Below, one piece after another: positions 20,412-35,400 of a DNA stretch of 64,000 nt. Numbering within the stretch: position 1 is the first letter of the stretch; the number at the start of each line of letters is the position of its first letter. The translations under genes and the position numbers were made by a program. Source of the stretch: a virus (Duplodnaviria; Caudoviricetes); IMG/VR virus record IMGVR_UViG_3300020151_001495, positions 1 through 64,000 of that record; one strand, given 5' to 3'. The notes under the pieces were generated by a model. That model made no database searches, had not been told where the DNA came from, and saw only the letters and a program-made list of their open reading frames with translations.

Positions 20412-23400
20412 TTAAAAGTATACAGTAGTTCGGTTGAGAGTAGTAGATGGTGCAGAGTTTACAGTTACGGTAGCTTCCAAATGAACTTTTTTATTAAATC
20501 TAGTAATATTTATGTTCATTGGAGTCCACTCAAATGCTGAGAGATCACCGAATGTAGGTCTCACTGATAAGTAAGCAGCATCTGCTCCCCACCACCACCA
20601 TCTGTTTCCAATTGGTTGAACTACATTTTCAGTATTTAGTAGTGGAGTAGTATTATAAGTTCTCTTGTTAATAACCATTGCCATATTATATTGATTACAA
20701 CCAACTAACTCAGAAGAAAGAACGTTTTCACCTTTTAGATTTGTAGCTCCATTATTCTTAACTGAGTTATCAAACGTAGTTGTTTTAATTCCACGCATTC
20801 TCAATACATAGACGTTTGTTCCTACTGTAATTGGTTCACTTACAGGGTTTATAAGTCTCAATCTTCCAAGTTCATACTGAGGAACTCCATTATAAGTAAC
20901 TGGCCAGACGAAGGCTAATACAAATCCGATAAACTTGAAGTTTATGCCATCAGTAGATGTATATAATGCGTCACTTCTAGAAATCTTAGAACTTGCATCT
21001 ACAAAGCTTCTCGCAACTCCACCTGCTCTAATTGGAACTGCACCAGTACTTGAACTTGTTGCAGTAAAGATAGTACCTGCTCTATTGTTAGGTGCTCCAT
21101 AAATTGTGAAGTCAACATCATTACTGTAATCAAGAATAGCTCCACCAGCATCATAGTTACCAATTATGTAGTCTTTACCAGCTTGAATTGAACTAGTTCC
21201 AGTGGTTAGAATCTTTCCATCCCATAGATTTCCATTGATTACAACATCTGAAATGATTGGAGTAATAGTTCCTGCGGTAACAGAACCAGAAGCAGTAGAG
21301 TAGAAACTTACGCTAGTTGTACTACATGCAACCACTCTCCATGTGCCATTATAAGAAGATGGAGTTGCACCAGAAACAATAATTTGTTGTCCATCAAAAT
21401 AAGGAATTGAAGCTTGTGTTGCAAATGTCAGAGTGCTAATGTTATTGTCTGAAGTAGATCCACCTGTTACAGTTAATGTAGAACTATTTGATGTTGTAAG
21501 TGTATAATCAGATACTCTCTTGAATAAACTTCTATCATAAGCAGAAGGTGTATATGTTTGTACATAATTTAGAATCATAGATTCCTCTAGCCTGGTATTA
21601 TTTCCAGTTCCCCATCTAACGTCTCCCCACTTTCCACTTACACCTGATCTAAACTTAAGATCTTGATACTTCCATGAAATTTTATTTAGATTCTTGAATC
21701 TGGAAGGTTTGATTGAATCGAATGTAGAAGACCACTTATATGTACTATAATTTAAAGGTCCAATTCCACTATCCCAATAGTTTCCACCATACCAGTAGGT
21801 ATTCATTGCTCTCTCAGCAGTATTCATTGTTAATAGAATACTATCAGTATTTAAATTCGTATGTTTAATTGGGTTAGGAGCAGTTGCCCCACTGGTAATG
21901 TTTGCATCTTCCATTAAATAATTTGGATTTGATGTACTGAATAAACTATCAGTTCCGTTTGACCAAATGTATCCAAAGTTAGGTGTAAATGCAAGTGTAG
22001 TTATAGACCAATCAGAAGGACCGCCTCCAATTCTATGAGACCATGCTGGTCTTATTGGTTGTGCAATCTGCCAAATACTATTTCCTCTTTGTCTACCCCA
22101 ATTGATTGAAAGTGATCCTGCGGAAGTTAATCCAATCATTCTCGCACCATCAATTGTTCTAGCAAAGTTTCCTACCCAACCAAAGCTACCGTAAATTCCA
22201 GAACCTCTAAAGTTGCCACCGTTGTAGTAGCTATTCCAGATTTTAAAATCATCAAACTGTAAACTTCCGCCGTATTCACTGTGAATAAATCTCTGTGAAA
22301 CTGGTCCATCGAATGCAAACAGATCATTTTGATGTGAAACTAAGATATCACTTACAGATAACCAATCTTCTGGAGATGGATGTGAAGAATATAGAATATT
22401 TTCACTGCTATCAATTGTTATTGTAGAATAACCATTTGCATCAACACTGGATACTGAAGTGATTACTCCAGATACAGTTTTCAATGATGGTTTCGGATTA
22501 TTAAATATAATTTTTTGACCCGCAGTAAATCCACCTATGTATCTTACTGTATATTCATCAGTCTGTCTAGTAATAGCATTTGTAGTAAATCTTGCATTGA
22601 AGTAAATAAATGATCCGTTAATTGTTCTAACTGCAATAGTTTCTTCTGGAATAAAGGTTGTGAATACTAATGGAGTAGATCTAGTAGCAGTTCCTAATGT
22701 AGTAGTATAAGTTCCTGCTGTTACTGAAGTTACGACAACAAAAGTAAATGTAGTTGCAGTTGGAATTGTTGCAATTTTCCATGTACCATTCAATTTAGCT
22801 TGCTGAGTTCCAGTTGCTCCAGAAATTACAATAATATCACCGACTGAATATCCTGTAGTTGAAGCAACAGTTGCAGTAACTGTAGTTGTACCATCTCCAA
22901 TATAATTTGTAGGTGTTATTGCAGAAGGAGCTGGAATACTTACTGGGGAACTTAAAGTAACCTGAGTAGTACTATCAACACTTGCAACAGTAATATTTGG
23001 AGTTGATGCAATTCCAAAAACATTATCTCCAATATTAATATTTACTGTACTTGCAAGAGTGACAACGGCACTTGAAGTAGTAGCAACTGTATTGTAGGTA
23101 GATGTTGTATAATAGAACTTATCAGTACCCATGGTCGCAATACCAGCACCTGTAATAGAGGTGGGATTAATTATCTGGAAATTATCTGCAGTTACGTTTG
23201 TTATTGCATATTGCCCTGAAGTAGCGTTAACACCACTTGATGCACTGAATGCAATATTGACGATATCTCCAGCTACATAACCATGATTTGCTGATGTAAT
23301 TGTAACCGTAGTAGATGCACTTGCAGACCAAGTAGAATCTTTTATTCTAAAATCATAATCAACAACCTTATCTGGGAAATTAGGATTAAACCATACAAAT

Positions 23401-26400
23401 TTTGGAGTGAATGATAAAATTCTACCAGCAGGATCTACCTTACTGATATAGAGGTATAAATCAGCAGGATATCTTGGATTATTAAAGTTAAATGTACTTC
23501 CTTTAATGATCAGATAATCATTAACTCTATATCCGCTACCACCATTTGAAATATAAAGTGCGGTGACTTCTCCAAAACTTCCAATACTTAGATTAATTAC
23601 AGCGTCAGTTCCATAACTTAGTCTAGTATTAGTTCCTGGTCTTTCTCTTGGTCCAGACAATACAATAGAACTCTTAATTGGATCTACAGTGTTCTGAACA
23701 AGAGCATTGCTACCGTCGAAGTAATAAACTCCCCAGTTTGCAATTCCTTGAGTCCATACGCTAATAGCAGTTGCTGCTGGTGATGGAGTTCCTGATGTTT
23801 GAGTGCCGATTCCATAATCTACATAATAAGTAACACCATCTTTAACATATGAAGTTGTAGGAGTTGTAGTAGATAATGTGTATAGAGTTAGTGTTGCTCC
23901 ACTTGCAACAGTACCAGTAGTTGGATTGCTAATGGTAATAATATTACCAGCGACGTTCGAAACACTAGTGTTTGTAGCAATTCCAGTTCCTGTTACAACA
24001 TCACCAGTCACAATTCCAGTTGCATCAGATAATGTAATTGTTACAGCACCTGCACTTGCTTGAGCAGCAGTGGTTTTTCTATATTCTTTTAGGAAATATC
24101 CTGCACCTGTGGTATATCCATTCTGGAATGCATAGTTATCGGTCAAATTTCCATAATGATCTTCATATCTTCTGTGAGTAAATACATAATTACCAGTATT
24201 TTTATAAGAATCTTTAAATCCATAATAATCAGTTTTCTTGCCAAATAGAGACTTAATTGTATCTCCTTCATTCAGAACAGGATTATCTAGTACAACAAAG
24301 CTGTTTGATCTATCATATTGAGTTTGTATGGTAGACTGTGCAATTCCCTGAATAATTGCAGATGCTTCATAGGTATACTTTAAAATATCACCTGTTTTAA
24401 TTCTGTTTGCATAGTTTGGAAGTTTTAATTGATCTGATGGTCCTAATAATTGTACGGTATTGGAATTGTAATAACTTCCGCCACTTCTTGGATAACTCCA
24501 TCCTCCTAAGTTAATTGAACATAAACCGTAGTGTCTGGAATCTGGATGTGTTAAGGTGAGATCATTTGCTCCACTGGAATTATATTGAACAAATCCAGCA
24601 GAAACACTTGTTCCGCCATAACTAATAGGATCTGCAAAATATAAACGAATAGAATTAGTAGATGTTATCTTTTGAATATCAACTACTCTACTCTTAAAGA
24701 GTTGAACATGTCTGTTGAAAATCCATCCCTCTTGGTTGAACGCAGGAATGATATGGAATTCTGTTCCTTCTGGAATATCATCTAAGAGAGGATGATCAAT
24801 CTTAAGAACAATTGGTTCTTGAGTTGTAAATGTTAATGTATCGTTTGTAATTGCAGCGGTAGCTGCAATATTTAAAACTACATTATATGTAAAATTAGGA
24901 CTGGTTCCAGTTCTTGATACACTTTCAATTCTACATTCTGGATTTAAATTAGGGTGGTTAACTCTAAGCTCAGGAACTAATCCAATTCCACTTGTAGTGG
25001 TGAATGTTCTGGAACCTGCTGCAATACTAATTCCACTTAATGTTGCTTCTCCTGTGGAAGGATCTCCATTTAATGGAACTCCTGGAAGAGTACCAAGACC
25101 TTTTGTAGATTGAACAACTGATGTTGGATCAATATAATTGGAAATTTGATAGGTAGTATTTTTGTTTGTATTGCTTCCAGTGTAAGTATTAGTACTATTT
25201 AAAAGCTGAGATGCTAAAGATACACTATAGAAAAAGATTCTTCCAGATGTTTCATTTGTTAGTGTTGCAACATCTGCAGTTGCAAGTTTTGTATTATATA
25301 GTACTCCATTAATTAAGTTATCTCCTGCTCTGTTTGCAGAGTTAGCAGTACCACCAGTTCCGATTCGTTTAGTTACCTTAAACTTATATTGTTTTGGATA
25401 TGAATCAATCCATATATCAGTTCCTCTTCTTAGATAACTATGATTCAGATTTCTAAATGGAACTGATACTATCTGACCAATTTCAAATTTTTCAAAGTCT
25501 TCGTTTAGAGTACTTGAGGTGCTTTCAATATCAATATATGCTCTGTTGGTTGTTGAAATTCCACTATGAGTAAGATATGAAGTTGATAGCTCTTCATATC
25601 CAACGGACTTAATTCTCTTATAGGTTGAGCAAGTTGCATCAACAGGATCTGCAAGTCTAAGTTCAGTTGTGTTAACAACACCAACAGAAATTCCAGGAAG
25701 AGCAACAGTTGGAGATGTTGGATCGCCAGCGATAATAGATTCTACAATGTCAATTCCATCCCAATCATGAATAAATGAAGGCCAATATTTAGAATTGCTT
25801 CTATCAATTGTTAATCTATATCCAGTAAAAGAATTAATAAATTGTTTTGTAAAATCTGCAAGTTCCAGTTCTCCAATTTCAAGTCTTCCATTATCTGGCC
25901 AATATCTGAGAATATTATCATCTTCAAATAGTTCAAATCTGGTAATTAATTCATTATCATATGCAGCACCTAGGGTTTGATCATATGTAATATTATATGT
26001 GCTTTCTTCTAATCTTACAACCAATGATGTTCTAATATCTTCAATGTTAGATGGATTTATGTACTGATAAATTCCAAGATATGGTTTGTTAGTCTCACTC
26101 TTAGCAATCTTATAATATCTATTGTTATAAAGAATATAGTTGCCTGGGGCAATAATTGCTTTTGCTTTCTGTAGAGATGCTTTAATTCCAGTAAGATCAG
26201 TTTCAATAAAGTTATTTAAAATAAATGTATTATTTGCAGGACAAATTACAACTTCTCCTGGATCAAACATTTCATAATCTAAATCAACTGAATCTGTTCT
26301 TACCCTTGCACTTGTTTGAATTGTAATCCTGTAACCATTTCCTCCACTGGTAGAGGATAAAATATCTCCAGGGAAATTTCTAATTCCAAGAGAAACTACA

Positions 26401-29400
26401 TCAAAGGAAACAATTTTTCCATTGGAATCAGTTTCCATCAATACTTTTACTTTCTCTGCATCTGTTTGAGGAACAGTTTTACTAGTATTTTCAAATAGAT
26501 ATGTGGTTGATCTATTTCTATTTGCAATACCATTTCCAACATATTCTACTTTGATGTCCTTATTTTCTGCAAATACAGAGCGTCTTTGTGCAGCATCATA
26601 TCCAATTTCTAATCTGGAATATGTACCAACAGGATTTCCAGAACTATTAATTACGTCTGAATTTCCAATTTTTTTATATCTTGTGGTTAATGTAGCAAGA
26701 TAATTAAATCTTTGAGATTGAATATAATTTGTTAGTAGTTGCAATTCAAATGTAGTCCAATTTGAAGGAACTCCATCAGTTTGATTCTTTCCATCAAATT
26801 GAATATTTCCACTGTATGTAATCTCAAAATATGCTTCTCCAGATTCTTTGTAGAAAGCTAATTGAGTTACAGTAGCAAGAACAGAATCAGTATTTCCAAA
26901 TCTTACAATTTTTGTAAAGTTAGGGAAGATATTTTTAGCAAGATTCTCTGCAGTATCTTGCTCAGTTTCAGTGCTATATGGTAATGTAAATACTAAAGTT
27001 CTTGGTGCTAATTGCTTAGCAGGATTTGGATGTCCCCCTGCAACTCCAGCTGACATTGCAGTTGATGTATTGTTAAATCTTAGTTCATACCCATCGGAAT
27101 TGGATCCAGAGGATGCATAAATTAATCTCTTTGTACTAAACTTTTCATCAAGAACTACTTGAGTTTTATAATTATTCTTCTGTAGAGCACTAGATCCTAG
27201 TCCAGTTGTATATGTAGCAGATGCAACAGCAGAAGAAACTGTAAATGTAAACGTAGTTGGAGTAGTTGCGGTAATATTCCAGGTTCCATTTAATTTCACT
27301 TGCTGAGTTCCAACAGCTGCAGAAATGATAACGGTATCACCAACTGAAATTCCTGCAGTTGAAGTAACAGTTCCTGTAATTACTGCAGTACCAGTTGCAA
27401 TATAATTAGTAATTGTTAAATTCTGAGTAGAAGTATCAAATTTAGGTAGTGCTGCAATTGTAGTTATTGGAAGAGTTCTTGAGTCATAATCTACTCTCTT
27501 ACCTGTAGGTAAGAATGCAGGTTCTGCAAACAAATTATTACTCTTAGTGTAAGTAGTATAGTAATCAAAATTAATATCATCCTTACTTACATTTAATTTC
27601 TTAAGTGCATTGTTACCAAAACCAGTAATTGTAGTAGTTTCTCTTGGTTCAATTAAGTCTACTGAGTGACCATATCCAAATTTATTAGTTGCATTAAGTC
27701 TAGATCCAGAAGAGGATAGTATTCCAGACCAATCTAGTACTAAGTTTCCTCTAATTCTAACTCCACTTATATTTAATTGTCCATAATTACATGCAATCAA
27801 TCCACCATAATAGCCTCCACCATAAGTATTTGATAAATCACTTGCATCAGAATATGCTCCAATTGTAACATCTTTGAGAGTAACCTGATTTGGACTACCT
27901 GGAATTCCTTCAACTTTAATTAATGTGGTTCCAAGATTTCCAATTGATGGAGGAGAGAGTGTTGGGAATTTCTTTCTTGTAATTCTGTATGTTTGTGCAG
28001 TGTTAATAAATATTTCTCTTCCTCTTGTTGTCATTCCAGAGCCAACTCTGTAATATCCATAAGAAGATACTGACTGTCCATTACCAGATTGGTATAAATT
28101 ATACTTGGCTACTACTTCAAATTCATTTCTGCTATCAAATACAGTCTTTCTTCTGATCCAAGATGGATAGGTATTTCCTTCAAATGTGAATGAAGTTCCA
28201 TCTAAAGTTCCAAGACCGTTGATGTCAGCAAATCCAAATCCAGTAAATCCGCCAAGAATACTTCCATTAACAGAAATATTATCAGGGATAGTTCCAATTA
28301 TTGCAGAGCTAACTTCATATAGATAGAATCTATCACTAGAAATTCCATAAGATCTTAGATATCCATTTGGTGTTACAGGAATTGTAACTGAATAATCTTC
28401 AGTATTGTTTCCAATTTTTACTGTGATGGAACTATGCTTGCCCATAATTCCAGAACCAGGATATGGAGCCTTTGCTGGAGTAATAGCACCAATTACAATA
28501 GTAATATTAGATCCTCCTCCAAGAGAAGCTCCAGATAAAGTAATTTGATCACCTATTTTATATCCAACTCCTGGTTCTGTATTTGTTACAGTATAAACAT
28601 TATTGTTTCTACTAACCGTAAATAGTGCTCCCGACCCTCCAGATGCAGGAGTGGATACTTGAGAAATTCCAAAATAATCTTGTTGTCCAGTAGCTGCACC
28701 AGAAGTTGTTGCAGAGAAAGATCTGATTCCTCCAAAATCTGCAGATGGATTTACATCAACTACTAAGTTAAGTGTATCTCTTGTAAACCCAGAAATAATA
28801 CCATAAATTTCAGGAGTATCATATAGTGTAGTATCATATCCTTCACCTGAAGTTGTATAAGTTGTTGGAAGAACAGCTCTTCTCATTTCATGACACCAAT
28901 TATATGTTAGAGAAACAAATTCATCTCCATCACGATTCGCAAATACAACGTAAATTCCATTTGTTAAATCATCAGCAGGTGCAAGTAAATTTCCAGCACT
29001 ATCAAGTAATGCAGTAGTAATGTTGAGGTCTTCATCTTTAACTGTGAAAGAAGATGCTACATTATACATTGCAACATAAAGATCAATACTAGTTAATGTT
29101 GTTCCACTATAATTTTTTCTTACATCTATAACTCTAGTTTTTCTTGTTGTGGAATCTACTGTACCACTAGTTAGATTCTGGAAGTAATACATTGTAGTTC
29201 CAGGAATTACAAAATCTTTCACCCAATTAAATCTTTGTAAATCACTTGGAGAACCAGAAGTTCCTGTGAAATTATTTGCATTAAATGTAATTACCATGTA
29301 TCTTGCAGTTTTAGATACATTTTTTGTATCTACAGATGGAGCAGATACAATTCCAGAGGAATCTGTTAAAGCTTCTTCATTTCCAACATAGCTAAATGTT

Positions 29401-32400
29401 GGTTTTCCTGTTATTGAAGTATAAGTAGTATGGAAACCTAGTCCGCCTTGTACACCAGAAATAATTTCTGGGAATGATCTAGATTTTTTAACATACCATG
29501 CTTTTCTTACTCTTCTTCTTGCTGCAACAATTGTAGAATTATTAGAATAAGAACTATCTAAAATTTCATTTCTAGTAATAGCTTCATTTAGTCCGAGGAA
29601 ATGTACATTCTGTACAGACAATCCACCTGTAGTTGTAATATTTCTTCCTCCAGTGCTTGCATATACTAAATCAGTTCTTCCTGTATAGTTATTAATAAAA
29701 TCTGGACTTCTATAGAAGTTTACACTATCTCCAGAACGTACACTGGTTAAAGAATATCCTCCAATTCTACCTGCAGATGTTTTTGCAAATTCTTTCGCAT
29801 ACTTTTCATTAGTAGAATCTACCCCAGAACCGTTAATACTAACTTGACATGGGAATGAAATTCCACCAGTTAAACGATAGTAACCAGGCTTCATTAATAG
29901 TTCAACACTATCAGTTGGTCCAAATGAAGATTCAATTGCAAATTGTGCTGCCTGAGATAATGTTTCGAATGGTTGGAATGTCTTAACAGCACGCTTAGTT
30001 TGTAGATTCGCTCCTAGTGCCTTAGAAGTAACTGGGTTTGGTACAATAGATTCTGTATATTTGTCATCAATTGTAGGATCAGTGTAAGGAACTGGCTTCT
30101 CTGGAATCGTATATAAAGTTGCACTTTCAATGTCTACATCTTCAGTGATAGTTTCTACTGCTGGAATAAATGCAGTTTCATATGTCCACTTATCTCCGTA
30201 TGAAGCATAGCAGGTAGATCCAGTAAAGAAGATATTTACAGTGGAGTCTGTAGTGCTATATGTAATTCCACTATCACTCTTAGACTGAGTATCAATTCTT
30301 CTTAAAATAACTAGTTGATTTGCATAAGAAGAAGACTTAAAGAATACAAATGTACTATATCTTAGGATTCCTCCAGAAGTACTTCTGATTGTTACTGCAC
30401 CTCTTGTTGGAATTTTATTATAGAAGTCAGCATTAACTCCAATTCTAACTAGAAGATCATTTCTAGGAGTTTCTGCAATAGCAGAAGAAATTGCAGCACT
30501 AGAAATTAATCCTGCAGTTGGATGTGCAGTTACTCCAGTAATAGTTCCTTTTAGATATTGAAAATCTGTTAATATGGAACTAGAATCAATAGCTTGTAAA
30601 ACAGAACCATAATTTCTAGTAATAGTATGTAAATTATAATCACTTATAATAGGAAGAACACTCTTTACATAATCATAGTAAGGAATGTAATTTTGAATTG
30701 TAGAGATGCTAACAGTATTATTTGTATAATCAATCTCATCATATTGAAGTGAAATATTAATTGTTGGATTGAAGTAATATTTTAAATTATTGATTGTTAC
30801 ATAGTCTCCAGCAACGACTTGTTCTAAAGTCATTTGAATATCAATTCTTCCAAATGGAGGTAGTCCACTGGTGTCGAATAGTCTTAGTCTATCAACTGCA
30901 TAGAATTGACTGCTGACTGAAATTGCTGGTACAGCAATTACATTCTCTAAGGTTACTTGAGTAGAACTATCAATAGATTTAATTGTTGCTTCGCCTGTTA
31001 GATCTAGAGTATTAGATCCACTAATGTATTGAGCAATTCTCATTCCAACATATAGATTGAGAGAAGTTGCAGTAGCTCCTCCTGTTAGAGTTAGAACTCC
31101 ATAAGTTACACCACCAACAACAGATCTTACAATGCTACCAGTAAACAGTGTAGGAACAGTAAGTGCAGTGGTTAGACTGGTCTCGACAGAGTTTGTAAAA
31201 GTTCTGCTGAGTGGCTCAATATAAACTCTGTTATTGTCTAAGTTTACGTTAGATGCGGATAGAATCTTCTTCTTAATTCTCCATGCATCCAAGAATTTAG
31301 GAGATACATACAATCTATCATTTGTATCAGTTGCAATATATCCAGTCTTCTCTGGTCTTGCACCTCTTACAAATCCATATCCCTCAGGACCACCTTCTGG
31401 GAATTTATCTCCATTCAAAATCTTTGTATTTGCAATATACATCTTATCAGTGATGTATAAAGTTTGAATGTTTGCTCTATCAGAAACTGTTAATCTTGCT
31501 GTAGTGAAGAAGTTTGATAGACCTTTTAGTAGAGTCTGGCTTGCAGCACTTCTATTTGTAGATGCAATGACGTTAATAACATTGTTAGCAATTCTATTCT
31601 CAAGGTCAGAGAAATCTACAGCATTAGATTCAGAAGATTTACGAACCTTAGGTACGTTTAGTGTGGTAGTAGATTGACCACCTGCCTGAATAACTTGGTT
31701 TCCAATGTAGAAATCACCAGCAGAGTTAGTACCAGAAGATGCTACGAAACCACCACCATTTTCATACCCCTGAACAATAAATTGCTCATATGCCTTGAGA
31801 ACTCTTGTCTGTAGATTTGGGAAACCAGTTGAGTAGTTACCAGGACCAATACCAATATATTCCCAAGTATGTGAAGATGCACGAAGAATAGATGGTCTGA
31901 AGAGTGGAATTATTGGAGAAAGATCACGAATAGTATCACTTTCATTAGTAATTTCATTACCATTATTAATTACAGCACTAGATGCTGCAGCACAAGGAAT
32001 CTTTCTTTCTTCTTCAGAACCACTAGAACCATACTGGTTTAAATCATCAGTGGAATTGAATGATTTTCCTTGTCCCCATCTATATTGATCCCCTACATTA
32101 CCATAGATATTGAAGGTTGTAGATACAGTATTAAATGTAGTAAATGAAGATCTGGTATCCCAAGAAGTTACAGGAGATACTTTTATTTGAGTGCTGGTTG
32201 TAGTTGTATTCTTGACATAGCAAAGATTCAAAGCAGATGCTAATCTATGGCAAGCTTCTGCAGTAATAGAAGCTAGTGCTGGAACTTCATAGAATGGAGT
32301 GCTTGAGATAGAAGAATTGTAATATTTTTTGTTTGGTACGGAAACATCTTTTGGTCTATATCCACCAAATCCAGAACCATTTCCAGAAACATATTCAACA

Positions 32401-35400
32401 ATACATCTAGAATCTGCTTGTGGAGGATTCCATAGAGTTCTGGAATTTGTAATATTACCTTCTTCATTAGTAGAAGGATATAAGTAGTTTACGTTACTTG
32501 TTACTCTATAATTATTATCATTTCTATACAACTCAGATAATGTATCTGCAGTTATAGTTTGATAGGCATCATCACGGGTAATTGCTACAGGAGTATTCTT
32601 AAAGTCTCCGCTATCACCATCAACAAAATTATCTACGTCTGCTCTAAGTACGGTTAGATAATATACGCCATCTCTTACATTTCTTTCCCAAGTTTCAACT
32701 TCTTGAACATCCCATACAGTAAATCTGTAATTTGCATATGGAATGCCATATGCATCATTACCTGCAGCAGTTCCTTTGATAATAAATCTCTTTTCTGGTG
32801 GCTTTGGAGATAGAATTTTTCCTGTTGGATCTTGATAGTTCTTTGGAATTACATACTTAACTCTCCAAAGAAGATCATTTGGATTAGATCCTCTGTTGTC
32901 TACAAATTTCGCAGAAGTAATACTTCCTGGGAATGAATCCCACCACTGAAGAACATTTACATCTTCAGTTCTAGACACAACTTGAGTACTTCCGTCTGGA
33001 AGAGGTTCAGATACTGTTACAAATTGAGTCTCTACTACACTTGAGAAGACAAAGTTTGAAACATAGTTTCTAGACTCTACATAATTTGGATTAATTTTTA
33101 AGTAAACTTTTTGACGACTTGGATCCCAGAAATATCCCTGTCTTTGAGTATTGTTAACAACGCTAGAAGTAAAATCACTTGCAGAAGAAGCTAGTTCAAT
33201 TACTGCTTCATAGTTAGAAACTCCACCTGTAGTTGTATCTACTTGGTTAGAAATTTTACAATCTGCCTGAGCTTGCACCCCAGTAGTGGTGTAATAATCT
33301 CTGAATAAATTATAGTTATTATTAGCACCAAAAGTTAAAAATCTCTTGATTGTATATGCATTAGAAGCGGTAGGATCGTTTACATTAACATTTCTAGATT
33401 CTATAACTAATTCTGGAATATCATCTTCAGACTGCACTCCAGGAATTTCAAGATACAGCTTAAAGTAGTTTCCTCCAGCAGTACTGTAATTAACTTTTGC
33501 TTGCTTCCATGAAGGTTCTGTTTTTTGTGCAGATTCTCCCAAGTTTGCTTTCCAAGTTATATCAGTTGCAATAGGATAAATTTCTGTGAACTGAGAAGTC
33601 TTAGAAATACCAGCAGGAGGAATGAAAGCGGTAATCTTACCGTATGCAGATGGAGGATCTACGGTAAACTTACTTCCAACTGCTCTGAGTGAAATGTGAC
33701 CAAAGTTAGAGTTAGAGTTGGTGATGGACATATCACCACCATTAACTGCCAAGAATTGGTCAGCATAGCCAACTGCGAAAACCGAAACTACCTGAATGAA
33801 TGCACCTTCAGAAGCTTTAATGTGGAAGTGTCTCCAATCATGCTTATATTCTGCATTTGAATCTGCATAGATTGGTCCTAGATTTTCTGCAGATTCTGGT
33901 TCTGGAGTTGGAGCACCTGCTGTACTGTATGCAATATTTCTTACTGAATCTCCTGTTGCAAATGTAGTGTTTCTGTCTTCATCTGCATATACTTTACCAG
34001 TTTTGTTTCTTGGTTGCCAGTATGCGTTTGGATCTTTCTGTAGAGAAATTCCAGTGAACTGAGCAACAACCATGGACTTGAAGCTACTCTCTTTAACTTT
34101 ACTGCCATCGGTGTGCATACCGCAGAGACCTAAGACAGAACGTAGAGAACAGTTAAAGATATATGGAGAAGCAGAATTTACTGTATCAATAGTTTGCTTA
34201 GTAGATGCATCTCCAACGATAGTATATTCTTCTGGTCTGGCAATTCTACGCTCAGCTCCAACTCCAATATCATTAGCCCATGCATCAATTCTTCTGTAAT
34301 ATCTATCTAATTCACCATCAGTAGTTCTTTGATCAGCATATGTAAATGAAACTACTCTATGGTGAGAATATTGTGTTGTAGATGCCTGAGTAAATGTTGG
34401 AATGCCACTTCCAGTGAATGCAACAGAATTTAGTGGATTTGTCTTGGCATCCTTGAAAGTCATCTGCCAGAAATAACAACCACCAGTAACCTTGAAGATT
34501 GATGTCTGGAATCCAACTCCAAGTACTTTCTTGTAAGTTTCAGTATATGTATCTGGATTGCTAATAATTCCAGTAATAATTGCCATTAAATTAATAATAG
34601 CAGATTCTGCAGTTGCACAAGAAGAATCGTATGTATTACCAACAGAATAATCAGTTCCTGCAGTAAAGGTGGGTTTTAATCCTGCAGTATAATTTATACC
34701 ACCGACTGAAGTAAGCTCACTGAAGTTATATCCTGCAGGAACATTAGCAGATACCCATGCATTAATTGCATGTAGCATGATATCTCTTGCTTTATTAAAT
34801 GCAACAATAGTAGCATCTCTTTCAGATCCTGCGGAAATAAATCTTAGTGAAGTTCCATCAGTATAGAATTCACCAGCTACATATGAATTTGAGTTTCCAC
34901 CTTCTCTAAGGTCAGAAATTACTGCGTCAACAATATATCCAATGTCTCTTTTGCAAGTTTCATTTATATCAACTACAGAAGGATATTGTTGCTTTGCATA
35001 TAACCAAGATTGCTCGATGATATAACCACGAGTCTTCTGAATCATATTAGCAGCATCATACATGACGCCACTAATCTTATAATTATCAGATGCAATGCTT
35101 CCATCATCTAATAGTGGATTAGGAACATACTTAGGACGAATAACTGTCTTTCTTAAGTCATATCCAACAATTGATGTACCTCTAGGTACAATAACTCCAC
35201 CATTTCTTGGGTTGAATCTCCATGAAGATCCAGTAGATAAATCTCCAGTTGTTGCAGATATTCCAGGAGATTCTGCAACAGAAGCTGCAAGTGGGTTTGT
35301 AGTAACATCAACACCAGGACGGTTATCAATTGTATAATCTCCAGGTAACACCATGATGGTGTATGCTTCAAATCTATCTTGACCTTCTGCAATATAACTC